A DNA stretch of 64,000 bases, taken from Octopus sinensis (Eukaryota). Below, piece after piece: positions 51,648-64,000 of the stretch; position 1 is the first letter of the stretch, and each line of letters starts with the position of its first letter. The DNA lies in NCBI RefSeq assembly GCF_006345805.1, contig NC_043003.1, positions 94,116,001-94,180,000 on the forward strand. The letters run 5' to 3'. The notes under the pieces are model-generated. The model searched no databases, had not been told where the DNA came from, and saw nothing but the letters and a program-made list of their open reading frames with translations. The translations under genes and the position numbers were made by a program.

Positions 51648-54600
51648 AAATGAAGTCAAAACTAAATGGTCCAAGCCTAGTGAAGGCTGTAAATACTTGG
51701 GTAGTATCATTACTCAGATGCACATCAGCTTTTGTAGATTGGACAAAAATTGAATTAGTAAAGCTAGACAGAAGAAGGTACAAAAATTCGAAATTGAAGT
51801 ATTCAAAATGCGGGGCATGAAGGTAAAAACAATACCAATAATAGTCGGAGCATTGGGCATGAGAAAAGAACATATGAACCAAAACGTAGAAGCTATACCT
51901 GGATCCTCAACGCTACACACTGTTGAAAAAATAGTCCACCTGGGAACAGCCCACATCCTACGCAAGACACAATCAATCCAATAATACAATCTAAACAAAA
52001 ACCTAAAGAATAAATAATAATAGCACTACCAATAACGAAGAGACAACAAGAACCAGCGACTTAAGTGAGGAAGATCAGAAGATTTTAGAAGAGTTGCAGA
52101 AAGTAGTGAGTAAAAAAGTCTGAAAAAGATTGCCAGCCAGCATTAAAACGGACCAACAGAAGGAAGCTGCTAGATATGACTAGGAAAGATCATACCGTCA
52201 GTAGGACAGATACTAAAAATATAAGAAACACTAACTTATTGATCTGTGCCGGAGTGCATAGCAGTTACTATAGGATTAGATATTAGAAAAGAGCAAATGT
52301 GGAAAAGGAGATTACAAAATAAAGTGAAGACTTTATAAACACAAAATAAAGTAAGGAAAGTTCTGAGTAGAATAGAAGTTTGGAAACTGAATAAGTTAGG
52401 AAGCACAAGATTTAAATCTGCTCTTGAGAAAATATACGTAGTCAAAGAGAAAGGATTTGGGACAAACATAGAAGAGTTGAAACAGCGAATCATAGTAGTA
52501 GCAGGTAAGCTCGCCAGATCCCAGAAAAGAATAGATCAGTATCAACAGAATAGATTATTTGAGACAGACCAGAGGAGATTTTATAAAAAGATTAATAGGG
52601 GTGAAGAAAGTACTGAAGATGAAAAGAAAGTACCTAATGCAGAAGAAGCTAGAAAGTTCAGGAGTAATATTCGGGATGAGCCAGTCGGTTATAATGGAGA
52701 TGTAGTATGGTGAAAGAAAGTAAGTTTTAAAGTATGGTTAAAGTAGTGAGTCAGAAGCAGCCATATATAAGACTAACTGGAGCATTAATAGGTAGGAAAG
52801 ATGCCAATTTGGAAGGGCCCAGGACCAGATTTAGTTCAAGGGTACTGGTTAAAGAAATTTAGTAGTTTTCATGAGAGGCTGAGGGAACAACTTCAGGATT
52901 ACCTGAATGGAGGAATAATACCAGATTAGATAACTAGAGGGAGGACAATATTCCTTGTCAAAGATAAAAGCAAGGGTGATGCAGCTAGCGATTATAGACC
53001 AATCACTTGCTTACGATTCTTACAATGTGGAAGCTGGCAACGGGAATGATTTCAGAAAGCATTTACGAGCACCTTGACAACCAAAATTTACTGCCAGAAG
53101 AACACAAAGTTTACTGGAAGAAGGCTAGAGGTACGCGTTATCAATAGACAAAGCAGTTCTAAATGAAGTAAAAGTTACAAAGAAAAATCTAATAGATTAC
53201 AAAAAAGCCGATAACATGATATCATACTCCTGGATAAGTGAATGCTTTAGTATATTCAGTTTATCAGACAGCATAAGAGTATTAATTAGCTTTATTATGA
53301 AGAAATGGAAAGTAGATCTATACTCAGGTGACACAGTCTTCGGAAAGGTTAATAACAAAAGAGAAAATTTCCAAGGAAACTCGCCCCCTTTAATATTTGT
53401 CATGTTTGATTACCCTCAGTTTAGTATCAAGGAAGGCAAAGGCAGGATATCAGTTTAGAAATTGTAAGGGAAAGGTTAAGCATCTGCTTTACATGAATGA
53501 TATGAAGCATTTTAGTAAGAAGGAAAAAAAAGATAGATTCCTTAATACAAACTTTAAGATTCTGCAGCAAAGATATAGGCATGGAGTTTGGTATAGATAA
53601 GTGTGTAATATTAGTCATGAAAATGGAGCAGGTAGGCAATAGTGAAGGCATCCAATTACCAGATGACCAGTAATTAAAATCATTAAAAGAAGGAGTTATA
53701 AGTACATAAGAGTATTAGAATCTGACAGAGTACTAAATATAGAAATAAAAACGAAAATTGAAGAGTACCTATAAATGGTAAAGAAGCTAATGAAATCAAA
53801 TCTAAGTGATCCGATTTTAGTGAAGGCTGTAAATACTTGGGCAGTACCTTTACTTAAATACACTGCAGCTTTTGTAGTTTGGGAAAAAAACTGAATCAGC
53901 AATGCTATATAGAAAAGCCAGGAAGGAATTCAGTATGAATGGCGGACTCCACACAAGGGCAGGAAGAGCAAGATTATACTCACCTTGAAAGGAAGGTGGA
54001 AGAATGTAACTATTAACAGAAGACTGCGTAGAGCTAGAGTAGAGATAATCTCCTAGGTAAGTAATAGTGAAGAAAATTTATTAAGAATTGTTAGAGTCGC
54101 AGCAAAACATAGCGAAACCAAAACACCAAACGGAGTTACGAACTAGAAAAGAGAACAGAAACTATCTGACTGGCAGGAGGATGCGTTGCATGGTAGGTTC
54201 CCACAGATAGTGTCAGCAAGTAGAAGCAGTGAAACTTGGTTTTAGATGCAGAAAGGAAGATTGGAAAGGAAGACAGAAAGTTTGATAGTAGCAGCACAAG
54301 ACTAACTGGACAGACAAAAACTAAGTTGTTTCTCAATGTAAGTTACGCAAATCAAAAGAGGAAAGTATTACTCATATAGTAAGTGAATGTAGCATGGTAG
54401 GGACATCGTTATGAAATTTGGGATGACAAACTGCTCAGTACTTAAAATGAAAAGAGGACTAATTAGTATAGACTATTTTATAAGTAGTGAAAGGAGTACG
54501 TGTGACAAGGATTTGATAAATAGCAACGAAGACCTGCCGCAATATGCCGCAAATGATATGGGTGTACATACAGATAAAATGATGGGCAAGGAAGAGTTTA

Positions 54601-54835
54601 ACCAAATAGCTGAGGAGAAGAGAAAAGACCTTCTTGGAATGACAATACATGAACAGTTTGAAAAGAATACAGAAAACGTTAAGGATAATACAGCATTATG
54701 GGAATGACTTGAGCAAGGTGATCTAAAGTGTACCACCGAAAGCCTGATCACTGCTGACCAGGTTCTTGCTACCAATTCAGTGAAGTATAACATTTATAAA
54801 ACTTCTGACACCCAGAAATACAGACTCTGGGAAAG
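51648..54835 (+). mobile_element. Cluster of R4/Dong-like RLE retrotransposon relics; longest at 52060-54390 (RT and CCHC)
   Basis: WKRRLQ, QYQQNRLFETDQRRFYK, WKGPGPDLVQGYWLKK, DYRPITCL, FQGNSPPL, KHLLYMNDMK (YMDD), KAVNTWAVPLLKY, QCKLRKSKEESITHIVSEC. A separate RLE end (PIIVGALG..LGTAHILRK) lies at 51776-51980. Confidence 0.9.
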
Positions 54836-54839
54836 AGTG

Positions 54840-54930
<91 letters not shown>

Positions 54931-54933
<3 letters not shown>

Positions 54934-55517
54934 CAGACATGACAGAGTTGGAACCTACATACACTGGAAGCTATGCCAACCTTATGGAATAACAACAGAA
55001 AAAAGATGGTATAGGCACACACCAGAAAAGGTCACAGAAAACGAGAAAGCAACCATACTCTGGGATATGCCGATACACACAGATAGAGAAATTAAGGCCA
55101 ACAGACCAGATATAGTTGTCAGAGATCATGAAGAAAAAAATGCTTTCTAATTGATGTATCAATACCGGTAGATGACAACGTGTCTCTAAAAGAAATGGAT
55201 AAACTTTCAAAATACAAAGACCTGGAAATAGAGGTAACCAGAATGTGGAATCTAAAAACAGAAACAATTCCTATCATAATAGGTGCATTAGGCATGATAA
55301 AAAATATTCAGACAAATACATAACAAAACACCAGGACTTACAAATACATATAACATACAGAAAATTGCACTACTAGGCACTGCACACATCCTACGCAGAA
55401 CACTTTCCATACAATAACCATCAGAGCATCACAACAAATCACAGCACATACCCAAGGTACACAGGGCTGCGCTCGGTAGTGAAGTGAAAGCACGCTATAA
55501 AAATAAAACTACTGAAC
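54931..55517 (+). mobile_element. Young 5'-truncated R4/Dong-like 3' end (RLE domain) in (AAT)n, copy 1
   Basis: RHDRVGTYIHWKLC..ILWDMPIHTDREIKANRPDIVV../CFLIDVSIP..KLSKYKDL..PIIIGALG is the PD-(D/E)xK RLE. Flanked by AAT arrays. Confidence 0.93.
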
Positions 55518-55533
55518 AATAATAATAATAATA

Positions 55534-55628
<95 letters not shown>

Positions 55629-55631
<3 letters not shown>

Positions 55632-56215
55632 CAGACATGACAGAGTTGGAACCTACATACACTGGAAGCTATGCCAACCTTATGGAATAACAACAGAAAA
55701 AAGATGGTATAGGCACACACCAGAAAAGGTCACAGAAAACGAGAAAGCAACCATACTCTGGGATATGCCGATACACACAGATAGAGAAATTAAGGCCAAC
55801 AGACCAGATATAGTTGTCAGAGATCATGAAGAAAAAAATGCTTTCTAATTGATGTATCAATACCGGTAGATGACAACGTGTCTCTAAAAGAAATGGATAA
55901 ACTTTCAAAATACAAAGACCTGGAAATAGAGGTAACCAGAATGTGGAATCTAAAAACAGAAACAATTCCTATCATAATAGGTGCATTAGGCATGATAAAA
56001 AATATTCAGACAAATACATAACAAAACACCAGGACTTACAAATACATATAACATACAGAAAATTGCACTACTAGGCACTGCACACATCCTACGCAGAACA
56101 CTTTCCATACAATAACCATCAGAGCATCACAACAAATCACAGCACATACCCAAGGTACACAGGGCTGCGCTCGGTAGTGAAGTGAAAGCACGCTATAAAA
56201 ATAAAACTACTGAAC
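55629..56215 (+). mobile_element. Apparently identical tandem copy 2 of the R4/Dong-like 3' end
   Basis: 698-bp period; ORFs 54971..55267 and 55669..55965 translate identically. Confidence 0.93.
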
Positions 56216-56231
56216 AATAATAATAATAATA

Positions 56232-56303
<72 letters not shown>

Positions 56304-59300
56304 TAATAGTAATAATAATAATATCCATTTTCATTTAGAAGCATTGAGAGAGACATTTACTTGTCTCTTATTCGAGTTGTTTCTTTACACCCTTTTTTCC
56401 TTACGGACTATTAAAGTTGAACATACTCGTAAAAACCCGAAAGAAAAGCGGTGTGACCAAAGCTGGATAGCTTTCGACCAATGGTCTGCTTAGTCGAAGA
56501 ACGAAACCAACAAGCTGGAAATATAATGTAGTATTTACTGAAATAATGGCTTAGGAACAAACCCAAAACTAATGTTATAGTAGTATACCAGTTAAAGTTT
56601 TAAAATGTAGTCGTTCACAGAACATATTCAAGTAAAGAAACAAGATTAATCAGGTCAGAATTAAGCTAACAGGAAACTATTTTGTATTGCATTGAATATG
56701 CCAAATACACTAGTCGGATAGAAGATAGAAATGTTAAAGCATTACAAACTTGAAGTAAAAAATGCTGATTATACTAAAGAAGCAGTTAATTATGGACGTC
56801 AAAGTAGCAGCGAGAACACAATAACGTTCGTCCTGCGATTATTTATTGTTTTTCTTGCAAACAAATACTGCAAACTATGTGTTTCAGACAAAATTAGTAT
56901 TGAACTCTCTATAAGTTACCATATCAGAACATGACGCGGTAATATATTGCCAGTCACATTAAAATGGCAGATTATTGATTTTATAGCATTAAACCGAAGA
57001 AAAATGTTTGTATGAGTGGAAGTCAAGATGTTTCATTGTAATCCTATGCATTATGGGTATTCATATTATTGAATCCAGGGGGATGAAAAACGCGAAACTA
57101 AATGCTATAAAGTATTTAGTGCAGCGTTCAACTTTTCGGCTGAATTACAAGTCTACGACCGAAGTAAATAATGTTTCTTTTGTCTAGACACGAAGTTCTT
57201 AGATTTCTCTGGAAGGTTAAATGCTGTATTGTAATCACCATGATTTTCTCAAGAGCTATACTGGTCAATTAGATAAAAATGTTTTACAAGGAATGTAAAC
57301 TAAATCACAACCTTTACTTCTTTGATTATTTCTTGTTCTATGAGAGTGGCAGTCACTGAAAGTAAATTTTTTGTTTCATTTGGGAAAAATACTTAGATTT
57401 ACCTAGTTTGATAAAAGAAAATCTGCGAGGTTCATGCCTTTACTTAGGTGTTAACAGTAAATTTGGATTTTGGATTTTGGGCCCAAAATTTTAACGATGG
57501 TCGAGGGACAAAATTTAACATATAAAACAGTATGTAATTCATTTGAAGCTCGACCATGTTCCATGTCGGTTTGTAATTTTTCAAATCTCTCCTGATCAAA
57601 TCTGTTTTGTAACTCTTTTTACTATTAGAAAAACTGTACAGGTTAACTTGAGAAAATTACACTTTCCTTAGAAGGTCACTTTCCTTAGATAGTACAGAAA
57701 CGTGCCTGGTACTATAATCTTATCTGATAACAAAAATCAGAATTCTCCCTAAAACATGAGCCGTGAAGTTTTTTGAAACTACTATCTTTGTTAATTTACT
57801 AAATTCACCAACAATTCCCGTTACGGTTTTGCTTTTTTCTGAGTTAAGAAGCAATATTTCAATTCATTACGAAACTTCGACGTTCTTATTGTGTCTCACT
57901 CCCTATCTGAATCGATTTATTGATATTGAGGCTACTCTACAAATCTATGACTGGTGTATACATATAAGACTCTACGCCAAAATATAATTGTATGTGTTTT
58001 ATACAGCCGAAGGAATTAAAGGTAAATTTGTGGAGGACAGAGAGATTTGAGGTGAATCCAAATATTGCAATATAATTAGAGGAACACTTCCGTTTCTGTC
58101 ACTCTACCGGTTTTACTGACGCAAATATCTTTGTCAATTTAGCCGTCTATGTTTGATCTCAAGCGACATCACATCATTTTGAAGTATTTGTATTGTTTCA
58201 ACAAATTTGATGAAGTGATAATGAGCAAACAAAAAGAACAGAATATTATAGTCATGTCTCAAAAATATGTTTCGCTTAAAAAAACAAATCAACATTAGCT
58301 TTCGTTAGTAAGTTTTGAAAATATTAACAAATATTTATACAGACATAAAGTATCTTCACATTTGTAATTAGATCTTTTTTTTTCTTTTTGGCAAAAAAAA
58401 TAAACGAATTAATAAACAAGATAAAATTCACTTTATTGAATTGCGTGAACATTATTTAAAACACCCGTTACTTTAATCAACTCTTTCCTTATTTTAGCGT
58501 CAAAATCGTTCCAATTAATTGAATAAAAAGTTATCAAAATGAAAGTATTTAGTTTTAACAAATCCGCTTTCTTTTCCTTTATAGTGATAATACAAATGAT
58601 TAAATTTCTTCGTTGCTATCAAAATTTGCTTTTAAAACACAAATACAATTGAAAGCGTACAATTTTGATTGGCATTGATTATATTTTCCAAGCTGTAAAA
58701 TCCATTTTCTGAAGAGGGAAAAAAGAAAACCAAACAAGTAGTTTGAGGAGTTTTATTTATGTTCCTATGAGAGGTTCTGCCAATCTATTTTGAAATTCAT
58801 AGCTTGGTGCTCCACCGATATATATCGTTCCTTCGCAAGCTCTAATTGTTCCTCTGATTTTGCTTGTTCTTGTAGATGCATCTCTAGGAAGTAGACGAGA
58901 CTATTAATAATGTGATTCATTCAAGTCATGCTCTACTACTGACAGACATCACTTTACTTTCAAAACCCTACTCAAATTTGGTTTAAATGAATTTATGCTG
59001 AGTTTTTGTTATTATTGTTTCTAAAAGGGCGTTCTAAGTATCGTGTTTAATTTCCAATGTCAGTTCATAGTGGTTAGCTTAAACCTTTCTGTATATATAA
59101 AAATATACTCACCAAATATTTTTTAATTCTTTAAATGATATAGTCCTACATACACAAAACACAGAAAAAACTTTTGAGAAATTTTCGTTCTCAGTCTTTT
59201 CAAATAGGTCTGGATTATGAATGAACAATCTGGAGCCAAAGCAAATATGTTAAAAGGGAAATGGCCTGTTCGTTCTTCTAGATTGAATTCAAATACCCCA

Positions 59301-59699
59301 GACGTTTTTCTTTACTTTTCATTCTTTCCCATCCCAATAATTAGTGTTAAGATAATGAGTAAAATATATCCTTTAAAAATAGTCTTCGGACACAGTTAAA
59401 ATAACAAAATGCTATTTGCTAAATGGCAATTTCTTACTTCTGCAGGTACCTTGAATTTGAATTGATAGCAAGCTCGTTTGGCCATTTTCATCATGGATCT
59501 ACAATTAAGTTTCTAAATGTGTTAAAATCATTATACTTTTTTTTTCGAAGTTTGATACAAAGGAATTTAAACACACCGGATTTGTGTTAATGAAATTACA
59601 ATTTAAAATAATACTGGTAATGGTTGCATATAGCAAGAGATAAGTGCTTGCTTTAGACTTGCAACATAGAAACGTCTCAACTCATCTCTAATGACACAC

Positions 59700-60060
59700 T
59701 TTCGCTGAGAAAAACAAGCGAAGTAAGAAACTGGATTTTATAAACAACCGTCATGCATTGTAGCGTTAACACCTCCATTGACGATTGACGGATTCTGGTA
59801 ACTTTTACAAGTAGTATAGACTTTAGAAGAATATACTGTAATGATTTCTTATCTCCTGCAACACACTGTGAAGTAGAACTCAGCACAAGCTATAAGTATC
59901 CGATCCTTATAGCAATAAGATGTTTCCTCATGGTATTACATACAGCTATGTAGACTAAACCATCGGGTGCTGGGAGTATTGTCCATTAATATTCATCGTG
60001 CTCAGCGCGGAATCTTCGACTCTGCATCCGACAATTCAACATACTCTCTGATACCTCAGT
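59700..60060 (-). mobile_element. Very decayed non-LTR RT remnant
   Basis: PAPDGLVY (APGPDG-like) and a downstream ..VYKI remnant on the minus strand. Confidence 0.3.
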
Positions 60061-61013
60061 CCTGTGTGATGTTAGAAACTCTTTAATATACTATTGAATT
60101 TTTTATACTTAAAAACAACTATTTACAGCTATCATATCATATTTCAAAGGGCATTTTATAAAATATGATTTAGCTATAAATGCATAAATTCAGTTCAATG
60201 TTTGTCTGGCTGTAAGCCTATTATTTATACGCTTTGTTAGCCAATTATTATGTTGATTTCTAACATAGCCAAACTACAATAAATGTTGGGAAGGGATAAA
60301 AAACTAAATCGTCATGTAACTGGATTTTTCCAGATCAGGAAATATTGAGACAAGCAGAATTTTGAATTTAGAACTTAAAGAAATTACTACCATCCCAAAC
60401 TTTTGTTTGCAAAAATATAACAGAAATATATTTAGATTTTAGTAATATGACTCGAAGCTACGTTTTGTTGATGTTTATATTCAGATAAATTTTGTACATG
60501 GAAGACATTTTCATTTCAAAGTAATCAGGTAATGAGGATTGCGTTGTGGTTACAATTTAATCAACAACGGGAAATGCTATGACGGTGCTCAATTAGCCAT
60601 TTACAAACGCAGAATTACCAGAAGCAAAAATTTGTCATGTGTGGGAAAAGAACAAATATTTGCGAGAATAAAATATTCAAACGATTTTGTCTTTATATAA
60701 AAAATAATAAAAAGAAAATGAAAATCCAATTATTTGTCAATTTCAATTATTAATCAAAGGTATCTTTTGTTTTTAGTTGATGTAAATGATTTCAAATAAT
60801 GAATATAATATATTCAACTATATTTCGTTTTGAAGATTTAAATAATTTTTGTAGTAGAGTTTAATATTATATAAGGATACCACAAAAGAAAGTATCGATG
60901 AGTTCAAGTTTAATCAATTTGGAAAATGATGCCGTTGTGCTTTAACCTTGACTGACCATAATAAGGATTTAAAAAGTTTCAGTCGGGATTCTTCCATTTT
61001 TGTTTTCCATTTG

Positions 61014-61074
<61 letters not shown>

Positions 61075-61359
61075 AGCTATTTCTGTTACTAGCATATATT
61101 GGCTGCTATTTCTAGGAAGTGGATCGCTACAGGTAGTTCGCGAATGATCTATCACTAGGTTACACAATTACTTTCTAATATGGGGAGATCTGTAGAGTCA
61201 AACCACAGGGTAATGGATAACAAATAATGTCGCGTATTTAGCAATATCTTTACTATATGGAGATACTTCCCCGGGTAAAACTACGACTGAAATGTATTTC
61301 TTTAGATTCAAATCCTATATATCTACATTACTATATCTACACACACACACACACACACA

Positions 61360-62240
61360 AACATAAATCTTAACAAGAAATTCCGAAATCCAACAACGTC
61401 CTACCCCCACCCTAGTAAATTAATTCAACATAAACCCCAACTCCATACATGTAAATTCAATGCACAAACTGACCCCCTTAACAAAACTGACCCTTATAAC
61501 TACAACTATAGTGCCATTGTTAGCACCCGACCCTTAACTGTACCATAACGCCCAAATATACCTCCTGTCTTAATAAAGAACATCCCAGAGGATAACACTG
61601 GACACAGTAGTTATCATAGCACACAACACAACAACACCATCGTCAACTCCTTATCAAATGATAGCCTTAGCACTAACTATAATAACGAACCGAACACCGA
61701 TTCCTCACTAAATAACAATTCCCTCTTAGGCTCATCCGGAACACACCCTACAAACCTATGCAGCTGCAGACGCCCAACCTCCAGTCCTCTAGATAACCGC
61801 TGTCTCACTAAAAATATAGTTTATATGTGCACAGTATCAACTAACTAACAACTGTAACTACATTTACATCGGCTCACGTAGCACCACCTTCAAAGCTAGA
61901 GTGAACAATTACTATTCTAGCTTCAAATCCCCAACAAAATCTAACAGTACATCGTTATCTCAACTTAACGGTAAAATAACGCTTGATTCAAACCCTTACA
62001 CTATTAAACGGTCCATAATCACCCACGCCAAACCTTACAGCGGATATATTATAAGTGTGATCTATGTATAGCCGAGGTCATGGGTATTTTGCAATCAATG
62101 GACAGTTTCAATGAACGTATCAGCATAATATTCACCTGCAAATGTCGGGCACTAAATCTATTCTCAAACTACAAATAATTTCAACCTCACCCCTCTGTTG
62201 TCTCCCCCAAACACTCATCCACCCTCACTTCCACTTTGTA
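61360..62240 (+). mobile_element. Penelope-like GIY-YIG endonuclease relic
   Basis: CSCRRPTSSPLDNRCLTKNIVYMCTVST, YIG, TTFKARVNNYYSSFK, STSLSQL, YTIKRSIITHAKPY and KCDLCIAE form the CxC..CPL..CL..VY..YIG..FKxR..CxLC pattern. No RT-like sequence recognised upstream. Confidence 0.82.
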
Positions 62241-62381
62241 TTAAACAGCGTATGTATATATATATATGTATATATATACATATATATATATATATATACA
62301 TACATACATACATACATACATACATACATACATACGTACATGTGTGTGTATAGGTGCAGACGTAGCCTTGTGAGTGGTATT

Positions 62382-62423
<42 letters not shown>

Positions 62424-62925
62424 CTTTGTGTCTTTGTGTTCGTGTTCCCCCCCCCAATACCGCTTGAGAACCGGTATTAGTATGTTTATGTCCCAGTAAC
62501 TTTAGCGGTTCGGCAAAAGAGACCAACAGAATAAGCACTGGCTTTATTTCTGCTTCAGTAACTCAGTGCTGAATCTGTCCGAAATATTATACAAAATGGG
62601 TTAATTTCAAGACATTGATGTGCAGGTGATAAGAGCAAAGTTTGAAGGGAATAGTAGTCATTTCCTTTGATTTCTTAGATGAAAACAAATGGAAAATATC
62701 ACTTACTGATTTAAGAGAAAAAATATATATAATAATATTCCTTCCTTTAGATTTATTTTTATTGCTTTTGTTGATCATATGCCTTTTTCCTATCAATATT
62801 GACAACAAGCTGTAATCACTAATAATGCCTAAATGATCATTTTAGTCACTCGTATTACGTCTTGCTTTATTTGATTGTTTGCACCGTTTGCTTTTTTATC
62901 TTATTCGCGCGATTTATATCTATCT

Positions 62926-63330
62926 CTCTTTTTACTCTTTTTACTCTTTTTACATGTTTCAGTCATTTGACAGCGGCCATGCTGGAGCACCGCCTTTAGT
63001 CGAGCAAATCGAACCCGGGACTTATTCTTTGTAAGCCCAGTACTTATTCTATCGGTCTCTTTTGCCGAACCGCTAAGTGACGGGGACGTAAACACATCAG
63101 CATCGGTTGTCAAGTAATGCTAGGGATACAAACTCAGACACACGAACACATACATATACATATATATACATATATACGACAGGCTTCTTTCAGTTTCCGT
63201 CTACTAAATCCACTCACAAGGCATTGGTCGGCCCGGGGCTATAGCAGAAGACACCTGCCCAAGTTGCCACGCAGTGGGACTGAATCATGTGGTTGGTTAC
63301 CAACCTACTTACCACACAGCCACTCCTGCA
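62926..63330 (-). mobile_element. Full-length tRNA-derived SINE (28500 family)
   Basis: Reverse complement of gcaggagtggctgtgtggtaagtagg...gccttgtgagtggatttagtagacggaaactg...ggtgctccagcatggccg. Confidence 0.9.
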
Positions 63331-63333
63331 CCT

Positions 63334-63382
<49 letters not shown>

Positions 63383-63399
63383 ATCTATCTATCTATCTA

Positions 63400-63432
<33 letters not shown>

Positions 63433-63579
63433 GTCTCTCTGTCTATTTGTCTCTGTCCGTCTGTCTGTCTCAGCACATTTCTCTCTCTCTTCCTCCTTCT
63501 CTTTCGCTCTTTGTGTATATGTACATACGTAAATATATACATATAGATGTACATGTACACGCACATGTACAGAATATAT

Positions 63580-64000
63580 TTATATGTATAAGGATATATT
63601 CACGTAAACTCATACGCCATTATTATTTCTTTTCTTCATCATTCATTCACTTATCTTTTAGTACGACTTCTTACCACTTCCTGACGACCCACCCGTATTA
63701 GATTTTACATTGACACACAGTCACACACATATACTATCACAGATGCGTGGGTACGTATATGTGTGTATGTATGTATGTGAGCATCTACATGCAACTATCC
63801 ATATATATATATATATATATATTATATGTATAAGGATATATTCACGTAAACTCATACGCCATTATTATTTCTTTTCTTCATCATTCATTCACTTATCTTT
63901 TAGTACGACTTCTTACCACTTCCTGACGACCCACCCGTATTAGATTTTACATTGACACACAGTCACACACATATACTATCACAGATGCGTGGGTACGTAT
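63580..64000. repeat. Tandem duplication with a 242-bp period (runs off the window end)
   Basis: 63580-63758 is repeated, apparently exactly, at 63822-64000. Confidence 0.92.

Overview
This is AT-rich, microsatellite-dense animal genomic DNA. The repeat families suggest a cephalopod (Octopus-like), which is an inference. I cannot support any intact host protein-coding gene, and most ORFs in the track are translations of microsatellites. The window is a layered transposon graveyard. DNA transposons: two mariner relics, two Tc1 elements (one with ~200-bp IR/DR-type TIRs), hAT remnants and a non-autonomous Helitron carrying a LINE-ORF1-like fragment. Retroelements: many R4/Dong-like RLE non-LTR fragments in (AAT)n tracts, RTE and CR1/L2-type LINE relics, three Penelope-like GIY-YIG fragments and many tRNA-derived SINEs. 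The most notable observations are: (i) about nine minimal hammerhead-ribozyme-like motifs with non-canonical cores (an extra nucleotide after position 9; CUGUUGA and CUGAUGC variants) in Penelope-type terminal repeats; (ii) a ~550-nt, very diverged, collinear copy of 28S rRNA domain V at ~5.7-6.25 kb; (iii) two unrelated insertions at the equivalent position of the two TIRs of one Tc1; (iv) large palindromes at 7.6-9.6 kb; and (v) a ~555-bp non-coding element found only in (AAT)n tracts. Family assignments come from motif recognition by eye; no database search was run.
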